A stretch of 64,000 nucleotides of DNA, taken from the NCBI GenBank assembly GCA_040219255.1, contig JAVJSW010000049.1, positions 128,001-192,000 on the forward strand. Direction: 5' to 3'. The position numbers were made by a program, and so were the translations under genes. The notes beneath the pieces were generated by a model. It was given only the letters and a program-made list of their open reading frames with translations, was not told where the DNA came from and did not search any database. How positions within the stretch are numbered: the first letter of the stretch is position 1; every line of letters starts with the position of its first letter. Positions 56,471-64,000 of this stretch are shown here, piece after piece. This DNA comes from Sumerlaeia bacterium. Lineage in GTDB: Bacteria > Sumerlaeota > Sumerlaeia > SLMS01 > JAHLLQ01.

Positions 56471-57493
56471 ATGCCTCTCCAAGCCGGTCAGTACGATGAG
56501 CGCCGCGGTGTCCTGAAGGTCCTGCTGGACGAGCACGGCGAGTTGGAGCGGCTGGGCTGGAGCGAGGGCTATTGGCGCAACCCGCTGGTCTTGTGCGTCA
56601 CGGGGGTCCGGGGGGCGCGTTTTCGGGGCGAGGACGCGCTGGCTTACCTGCCGTGGTTCTTTGTCACCGTGCTGGAAATCGCCGCGATCCACGCGGCGAT
56701 TCATTCCTTCGTGCCACCGGGGGTGATGGTGTGGTTGGGGCTGCCGCTGATGGTGGCGGTGATGCTGCTGGGCGGCTTTTGCGGCGCGGTGTGCCAGACG
56801 CTCCACGCCCGTCAGGTGATGCGGCGCTGGAATCTATCCGAACTGCTGCTGACAAACCTGACGGCGCCTGAAATTGCCTATGGCTTTTCGGCCCGGCCCT
56901 TGGCGATTCAGAAGCGGGCCATTTGGGTGAACAGCGCCGTGGCGCTTGTGCTGTGGACGGTGTTCCTTGCCGCCGCGCTCAGCACAGTGCTCGGTGTGGG
57001 CGAGGCCGTCATGCTGCTGATCGTTTACACGGTCTGGCAGTTCCTCATCCGCGTGATTGTGGCCTATGGAGCTGTGGGGGCCGGCAGCGCCCTGGCGCTG
57101 CGCGAGATTCTGCTGCGCGGCGGCGAAGGCGCGGGCTGGCGCGCAGCGGGAACCTGGACCCTGATGGCCTTTTTGATTCTGTTCGCCTTCGAACTGCTGG
57201 TGTTCGTCTATCCGATGACAGTCGGCCAGGCCTCCGCGTCCAATGGCTTTGCCATTCTCAGCGCGATCGCTAGCGTTGTCGTGGGCGGACCGATCCTGAT
57301 GATTTCCGTCGGCGTGGGTTTCTACCATTGGGAGGAAGCCATCCAGAAGGAAATCCTGGCGCGGCGCGGGGAATGGCGCCACACGGCTGACCGGCGCGCG
57401 CCCGCTTCCTCCCGCGAGGCCGCGCTGACCATGGCCCGCGATGTCCTCGAAGGGTTGCGCCTGAGCCTCTGCAAACGGGTGGTCCGAGGGTGA
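56471..57493 (+). CDS. Polytopic membrane protein (ABC-2-permease-like), paralogue A
   Basis: About 6 hydrophobic segments; 'LSELLLTNLTAPEI' echoes the ABC-2 permease loop. Confidence 0.6.
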   Translation: MPLQAGQYDERRGVLKVLLDEHGELERLGWSEGYWRNPLVLCVTGVRGARFRGEDALAYLPWFFVTVLEIAAIHAAIHSFVPPGVMVWLGLPLMVAVMLLGGFCGAVCQTLHARQVMRRWNLSELLLTNLTAPEIAYGFSARPLAIQKRAIWVNSAVALVLWTVFLAAALSTVLGVGEAVMLLIVYTVWQFLIRVIVAYGAVGAGSALALREILLRGGEGAGWRAAGTWTLMAFLILFAFELLVFVYPMTVGQASASNGFAILSAIASVVVGGPILMISVGVGFYHWEEAIQKEILARRGEWRHTADRRAPASSREAALTMARDVLEGLRLSLCKRVVRG

Positions 57494-58464
57494 AGACAAT
57501 GGCGACCTCCACCTCCCAATCCTCCCCGGCTCCCATCCGCCGCCGGCACGGCCCCGCCTTCTGGCTGCGCGCCTGCGCGTTTCTGCGGCTGCCGGGCACG
57601 GAAAAGCTGCTGCGCAACCCGGTGGTTCTGCATATCACGGGTCGGCGGCGGGGCTTCCTGGCGGAGGATGTGGTGGCGCTGACGCCGTGGGTGCTGCTGA
57701 GCATTGTCGAGGTCGTTTACATTCTGGCCAACTGGGGATTCCAGAGCCCGATGGCGTTACTGCCGCTGGCGTTGGCGGAGGGCTTCCTGGCCCCGCCGTT
57801 GGCCGGATTCGCGGCGGGTTTCGCCCAGGTGTTCCATGCGCGGAACGTGCGCGGCATCGTACCGCTGGAGCAATTGGCGGTCACAAAAATCCGGGGCGAG
57901 GAATTGACCGACGGCCTCGCCGCGCGGCCGGTGCAGCTTCAGACGCTGGCGCTCCTGGCGAATACCCAGATCATCCTGTTGCTGTTCCTGGTGAATGTCC
58001 TCTCGGGCGGCGGTTTCTGGGTGATGTGGCCGACGCTGCTGTGGGTGGTGGGATTCCTGGTGCTGCGGTGGCTGTTCGCCCAGGGCAGCTTGCACGTCGG
58101 CTCGGCGCTGGCGTTGCGGGTGTGCCTGCTGGAAGGCGAGGAGGCGGTATGGATGGCGCAGGCGGTCAAGGTGCTGCTGCGGCACTATGCAATGTATCTG
58201 ACCTTCGTGGCGGGGGCCGGGCTGAGCCTTCTATTTGCGGGGCGCTTCGGCCTGCCGCCGGTGCTGGTGGTGATGTTCTGGGTGCTGGCGCTGTTCCGGC
58301 TGATCGCCGAGAGCGCGGACGAAGCGGGCCGCATCCGCCGGGGCATCGCCGCCGACCGCGATTATTGGTGGCTGGCCCGGGGCGCGGACCGCACGGACTG
58401 GGATTTCCGGCCCAGCCTCTACCGCCACCAGAAGCGCGCGCGCATCGTGGTGCGGGATCGGTGA
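57490..58464 (+). CDS. Polytopic membrane protein, paralogue B
   Basis: Shares RNP.VL..TG, ED..A..PW, HAR, ARP..Q, GSALALR with the upstream gene; GTGA overlap. Confidence 0.6.
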   Translation: MKTMATSTSQSSPAPIRRRHGPAFWLRACAFLRLPGTEKLLRNPVVLHITGRRRGFLAEDVVALTPWVLLSIVEVVYILANWGFQSPMALLPLALAEGFLAPPLAGFAAGFAQVFHARNVRGIVPLEQLAVTKIRGEELTDGLAARPVQLQTLALLANTQIILLLFLVNVLSGGGFWVMWPTLLWVVGFLVLRWLFAQGSLHVGSALALRVCLLEGEEAVWMAQAVKVLLRHYAMYLTFVAGAGLSLLFAGRFGLPPVLVVMFWVLALFRLIAESADEAGRIRRGIAADRDYWWLARGADRTDWDFRPSLYRHQKRARIVVRDR

Positions 58465-58468
58465 GGGC

Positions 58469-59899
<1,431 letters not shown>

Positions 59900-59966
59900 A
59901 GTGCGGCTCCTGGGGGAACGGTGAGGGGAGAAGGATAGCGACCTTCGCACCAAGGCAAGAATGGGA

Positions 59967-60035
59967 CACGGAATTCACAGAGATCGGAGTTTCGCGAAGG
60001 GGAAACTTTCTGTGTTCATCCGTGCAATCTGTGGC
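59967..60035 (-). repeat. Periodic CCACAGA 3'-flank element with partial inverted partner
   Basis: Minus strand GCCACAGATTGCACGGATGAACACAGA begins 6 nt after the stop at 60041; imperfect complement at 59967-59983. Confidence 0.65.
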
Positions 60036-60040
60036 AAGAA

Positions 60041-61804
60041 TCAAAACCGCCAGTCGCTCTCCTCTGGCACGTCCGCGCCCTGCGGCACGAAGAGGCCGAG
60101 TTGGGTGTTGCGGGATTGGAAGGGGCTGCCGGGCAATTCGACGTAGTGGCGCGCGACGGCGTCGGCGATCACCGGTACGCGGCCGGTCTGGCGCAGGTCG
60201 AGGAGCAGAAGAGGGATCTCGCGCCGGCGCAGCATGGCGGCGACTTCCTGCATTTTCAGCATGCCCTCGCCTTCCTCGCCGGTGCCCTTGGTGACGTAGA
60301 ACTGCTCGTTCATCCACTTGATCTGCCAAAGGTAGTTCTCCGCCAGCTCGCCCGCCACCTTGCGATCCGTGGCCCAGGCGTAGAACGGCGGCGCCAGGAT
60401 CGGATCGCCGGGCTGGGTGGTTTGATCGATCAGGCGCATCATCTGGCGCACGCCCGGTTCAGGCAGTTCGGACTGAAGGCCCTCCGTCGTCAGCCACAGG
60501 TTCGTGGCGAAGTTGTGGGGGATCTGGCCTTTGAGAGCCGTCTGCGTATTCTGGAACACGAGCCACCCCGTGAAAATCCCGAACGCGACCGCCAACACCA
60601 GGAACAGCGGCCGCAGAAAGCCGAGCGTCGCGCCGAAGCGGATGCTCTTCATGTCGGCCAGCAGATCGGGCCAGAAGGCGGGCGCGGGCTCGGCGGGTTC
60701 CGCTTTCTCGCGCCGGATCAGGCGCGCCAGCGTCCGCCGCCCCCGCACCAGCCCGTCCGCCGCGAAGAGCGCCACGGCGGGCTCGCCCAGCACGAAGATG
60801 TAGTTCGCGGTGCCGCCCTTGGCCGTGAAGCCGATGGAGAGCCACATGCCCAGCGCGCTCCAGGCGGCGAATTCCCAGCGCCGGTAGCCGTCCGCGTTCG
60901 GGTCGTCGCCGAACTCCCGCAGGCGCTCGCGGGTGCCGAGGGCGAGGCTGAGCGCTGCGAGAAGCAGGAAGGGGGCTTCGAGGACGAGGACTTCGAAGCC
61001 TTGGCTGCGCCATTTCCCCCAGACGTATTCCGGCAGCGAACTGCCCGACGCCGCCAGGATTTCCGGGTTGGGAAAGCTGCCGACCTGATTCAGCACCACG
61101 TTGTCCAGGTACGGAAAGCCCGCCCACGCGTACGCCAACGCCGCCCCCAGCCCCCACACGCCGAGCGCCGCCGTGATGTACGGCACCGCCAGCCGGGGCC
61201 GCCGGCAGAGCAGGAACAGCGCGTTCACCAGGAAATACGGAACGCCCGTCATATTGCAGTGCATCGCCAGGGCGCTCGCCACCCCGGCCCACACCACCCA
61301 CCGCGTCCTCAACGTCAGCAGGCCGCAGAAGGCCGCCATCAGGAACACGATCTCGATGTTTTCGCTCTGCAAGCACAACCCCCACCAGAACCCGATCGGC
61401 AGGAACAGGTACACGCCCGCCGCCATGATCGCACGCGCCATGCAGCCAAAGACCTGACGCGCCGCCACATAGATCAACGCCGCCTGGGCCAGCCGCACCA
61501 GCAGGCAATACAACCGCGCGCCGATCAACTGGCTGTCCGCGACCAGCACCCCCACCTTCTGGGCCAGCGCCGCGAGCGCCAGATGCAGCGGGGGCTGAGG
61601 CGCCAGAATATCCCGGTACGGCACCAGCCCGTCGTTCATCCGCGCCCCTACATACAGGTAATTCCCATCGCCGAAATCCCAATACGTCAAATCCCACAGG
61701 GGAATGTTAACCAGGGCGTAGAGCAGAAACAGGGCGCCGAGGAGGGCGAGTTGGAGGGGGAGGGCGTGGGGGTTGAGGCCTCTTCGGATCATATCGTGGG
61801 GCAT
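60041..61804 (-). CDS. GT-C fold membrane glycosyltransferase (ArnT/PMT-like)
   Basis: First loop 'WDFGDGNYLYVG...GLVPYRD...PQPPL', many TM helices, periplasmic C-terminal domain. Confidence 0.7.
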   Translation of the reverse strand: MPHDMIRRGLNPHALPLQLALLGALFLLYALVNIPLWDLTYWDFGDGNYLYVGARMNDGLVPYRDILAPQPPLHLALAALAQKVGVLVADSQLIGARLYCLLVRLAQAALIYVAARQVFGCMARAIMAAGVYLFLPIGFWWGLCLQSENIEIVFLMAAFCGLLTLRTRWVVWAGVASALAMHCNMTGVPYFLVNALFLLCRRPRLAVPYITAALGVWGLGAALAYAWAGFPYLDNVVLNQVGSFPNPEILAASGSSLPEYVWGKWRSQGFEVLVLEAPFLLLAALSLALGTRERLREFGDDPNADGYRRWEFAAWSALGMWLSIGFTAKGGTANYIFVLGEPAVALFAADGLVRGRRTLARLIRREKAEPAEPAPAFWPDLLADMKSIRFGATLGFLRPLFLVLAVAFGIFTGWLVFQNTQTALKGQIPHNFATNLWLTTEGLQSELPEPGVRQMMRLIDQTTQPGDPILAPPFYAWATDRKVAGELAENYLWQIKWMNEQFYVTKGTGEEGEGMLKMQEVAAMLRRREIPLLLLDLRQTGRVPVIADAVARHYVELPGSPFQSRNTQLGLFVPQGADVPEESDWRF

Positions 61805-61808
61805 GGGC

Positions 61809-62252
61809 TCAAATCCCTCGTTCTGAGGGAAGCCTTTCTGGAGAAACGGGAGCCCCGTAGAGGCTCAGAATCTTGGCCAACTCGGTGTTTCGGACATGAA
61901 GTGCCAGGTCCAGCGGTGTTCGTCCAAAGCTTGATCGTTGTTCCAGCATGAGCTTGCTCCGTGAACAGAGCAGATGAACGACGTCCGACGCACTTCCCAT
62001 CACCGCGTGGTGCAGAGCGTTCCGGTCCGCGTTGTCTCCACAGAGGAGATCCGCTCCCTGATCGAGGAGATACTCGATGGTCAGAGGTTGCCGTTTTCTT
62101 GCGGCGCGCATCAGTGCGGTTTCTCCCGAATCGATGGGCGAATCGATCGCCATTCCTGCCGCCAGCGCGGCCCTGACCGCACCAATGTCGCCTTCACCAG
62201 CGGCTTCGACGAACTCCTTGATATCCGCAGCTTCTCGTTCGTACTTCGGCAT
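61809..62252 (-). CDS. Ankyrin repeat protein
   Basis: GETALMRAA, RNALHHAV, GRTPLDLAL, 'LLDQGAD', 'YGA'. Confidence 0.85.
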   Translation of the reverse strand: MPKYEREAADIKEFVEAAGEGDIGAVRAALAAGMAIDSPIDSGETALMRAARKRQPLTIEYLLDQGADLLCGDNADRNALHHAVMGSASDVVHLLCSRSKLMLEQRSSFGRTPLDLALHVRNTELAKILSLYGAPVSPERLPSERGI

Positions 62253-62275
62253 GTCTCTTGCCCCGCCAACCGCCT

Positions 62276-62302
62276 CTCCGTGTCTCCGCTTCTCCGTGGT
62301 GA
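62276..62302 (-). repeat. Periodic CCACGGAG 3'-flank element
   Basis: Minus strand TCACCACGGAGAAGCGGAGACACGGAG begins 4 nt after the stop at 62306. Confidence 0.7.
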
Positions 62303-62305
62303 TTC

Positions 62306-63283
62306 CTAAACCACCCCCGCCACGTCATCCACAATATCCTCGATCCCCCGCTGAGGCGCATAGCCAATCAACTCAGCGATCCGCGTCATGTCTGGTTTGC
62401 GGCGCTGCATGTCTTCGAAGTCCTCGTCGTAGGCTTCCTCGAAGGGAATCGTCTGGATTTCGGAGCGCGAGTCGGTGCGTGCGACGATCAGCCGCGCCAG
62501 GTCCATGATGGTGATTTCTTCCATGCCGCCGACGTTGAAGACGCGGCCCATGGCGCCGGGGGTTTCGAGGAGACCCGCCAGCGCCCCGACCGCGTCGGCC
62601 ACGTGGCAGAAGGTGCGGCTTTGCGAGCCATCGCCGTACACCGTCAGCGGTTCGCCGGCTTTGGCCTGGGCCACAAAGCGCGGGATCACCATGCCGTAGC
62701 GCCCCGTCTGGCGCGGGCCGACGGTGTTGAACAGCCGAGCCACCACGACCGGCAGTTTCTTCTCGCGCGCGTAGGCCAGCGCCAGGAATTCATCGATCAG
62801 CTTCGAACACGCATAGGCCCACCGGGGCCGGCGCGACGCGCCCAGGACCACGTCGTCTTCCTCGGCGAAGGGCAGCTTGGGCGACTTGCCGTAGACCTCG
62901 CTGGTGCTCGCGATCAGGACCCGCTTGCCTTTGCGGGCGCAGGCCTGGAGCACGTTCTCCGTCCCGGCGATGTTGGTTTCGATGGTGTGGACGGGACGTT
63001 CCACGATCAGCCGCACGCCGACCGCCGCGGCCAGGTGATAGACGGCGTCGGCGCGATCCACCGCCTCCGCCAGATCGCGGGGCTCGCGGACGGTGCCGAA
63101 GGTGAAGCGGAAGCGTTCGTTGCCTCGCAGGTGATCGATGTTCGTGATCGAACCGGTGGAAAGATCGTCCAGCACTTCGACCCGGCACCCGGCCTCGATC
63201 AGCAAATCCGCTAGGTGCGACCCGATGAAACCGGCGCCTCCGGTGATGAGAACGTTGTGCGGGGTGATCGGTGGGGATGGCAT
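62306..63283 (-). CDS. NAD-dependent nucleotide-sugar epimerase/dehydratase
   Basis: TGGAGFIG, HLAAAVGV, STSEVYG, YACSK, RLFNTVGPRQ; ATG 63283. Confidence 0.9.
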   Translation of the reverse strand: MPSPPITPHNVLITGGAGFIGSHLADLLIEAGCRVEVLDDLSTGSITNIDHLRGNERFRFTFGTVREPRDLAEAVDRADAVYHLAAAVGVRLIVERPVHTIETNIAGTENVLQACARKGKRVLIASTSEVYGKSPKLPFAEEDDVVLGASRRPRWAYACSKLIDEFLALAYAREKKLPVVVARLFNTVGPRQTGRYGMVIPRFVAQAKAGEPLTVYGDGSQSRTFCHVADAVGALAGLLETPGAMGRVFNVGGMEEITIMDLARLIVARTDSRSEIQTIPFEEAYDEDFEDMQRRKPDMTRIAELIGYAPQRGIEDIVDDVAGVV

Positions 63284-63468
63284 GGTGGCTCCGGGGCGAG
63301 GGAGGATGAAGGGCTGAAAGCCTTGGGGAGCGGAAGGGTTTGGGGCAAGGGGAAGGGTTGGGTCCGCCGAGTCGCGACAGGACCCGGCGGCGCCCTCGGC
63401 CTCGTCGAAGGGGTGTAGGAAACCGTGACGAAGCCTTCGGGGGCTCGATCGAATTCGCCGGGTCGAGC

Positions 63469-64000
63469 CTACAGCGTGACCCAAACGAGTGCCGCCAGGA
63501 GCGCGATCAACGTCAGCCAAATGCCAAGGGCCGTGCGGGTCATTCGCACGGCGGAGTCTTTCTCCCAATAGGAACGCGGCCCGATGCCCTTGATCGCGAA
63601 GGTGCCTACCGCGGCCAGATTGACGGCGATCACGTTCACCGCCGTCAGCAGCGCGGCGTGGGCCGCTCCGGAAAAGTCGCCCGCGCCGAAGAGCAGGCCC
63701 GTCGTCACGAGCGGCGGCATCAGTGCGACGGCGACCATGACGCCGACAAGCGCCGCGGGGACTCCGGTGGTGACCGCGATGGCGCCGGCCACTCCAGAGG
63801 CGAGGGCGAGGGCGATGTCCGTGTAACCGACCTCGGTGCGACTCAAGATTTCCGCCGTGGAAACGTCCAGACCCGGCACCAAGCCGAGGAGCATGGCCAA
63901 GGTCAGCGCCAAGAACAATCCGATGGCGTTGGTGCGAAGGGCTCCGCGGATCAGCGACCACTTTCCCAGGGTGGTTCCCAGAGCCAGGGCCATGTTCGGG
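63469..64000 (-). CDS. TIGR00341/DUF389 family membrane protein (5'-truncated)
   Basis: 'EILSRT', 'LALASGVAGA', 'LVGVMVAVALMPP', 'NVIAVNL'. Confidence 0.85.
   Translation of the reverse strand, partial: PNMALALGTTLGKWSLIRGALRTNAIGLFLALTLAMLLGLVPGLDVSTAEILSRTEVGYTDIALALASGVAGAIAVTTGVPAALVGVMVAVALMPPLVTTGLLFGAGDFSGAAHAALLTAVNVIAVNLAAVGTFAIKGIGPRSYWEKDSAVRMTRTALGIWLTLIALLAALVWVTL

Noticed and set aside
60041-60070. GT-C protein ends ...EESDWRF, and the 1325-aa protein ends ...SSEWIWYVPVN, superficially like the Trp tail
   Set aside because: Trp spacing differs. The first is an integral membrane protein; the second aligns with the last strand of its repeat module. Neither was counted.

Overview
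A high-GC bacterial chromosome segment with about 50 genes and one tRNA-Pro(CGG). The pilin-like paralogues starting AFTLIELLIVVAIIAILAAIAVPNFLEAQTR suggest Candidatus Sumerlaeota/BRC1 or a relative; this is recalled, not verified. Housekeeping genes flank the window: rsmG, trpE, miaB, glnB, trpA, larE-like, hslU, a Gld-like ABC system, glycosyltransferases and epimerases. Between them lies a ~33 kb carbohydrate-utilisation locus (about 7.2-40.3 kb). It holds two GH114-like secreted enzymes, three DUF4874/DUF4832-type TIM-barrel proteins, a 1306-aa uncharacterised secreted protein, a sugar ABC transporter, a ROK repressor, a GNAT, a Gfo/Idh/MocA oxidoreductase, a GalK + class-II GalT + WbpP-type epimerase (Leloir-like) set, and three pilin-like genes. 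Most notable unexplained signals: (1) a short Trp-centred C-terminal tail (..V-x-x-W-x-M/L-x-D/E-stop) on several unrelated secreted proteins, a candidate protein-sorting signal; (2) a possible poly-alpha-1,4-galactosamine (Pel/GAG-like) catabolic pathway; (3) a repeated 'ITVDG..DW' candidate carbohydrate-binding module; (4) pilin-like genes embedded in the sugar locus; (5) a family of periodic CCAC(A/G)GA elements just 3' of stop codons; (6) a 71-bp dispersed hairpin repeat. All family assignments come from recognising motifs by eye; no searches were run.
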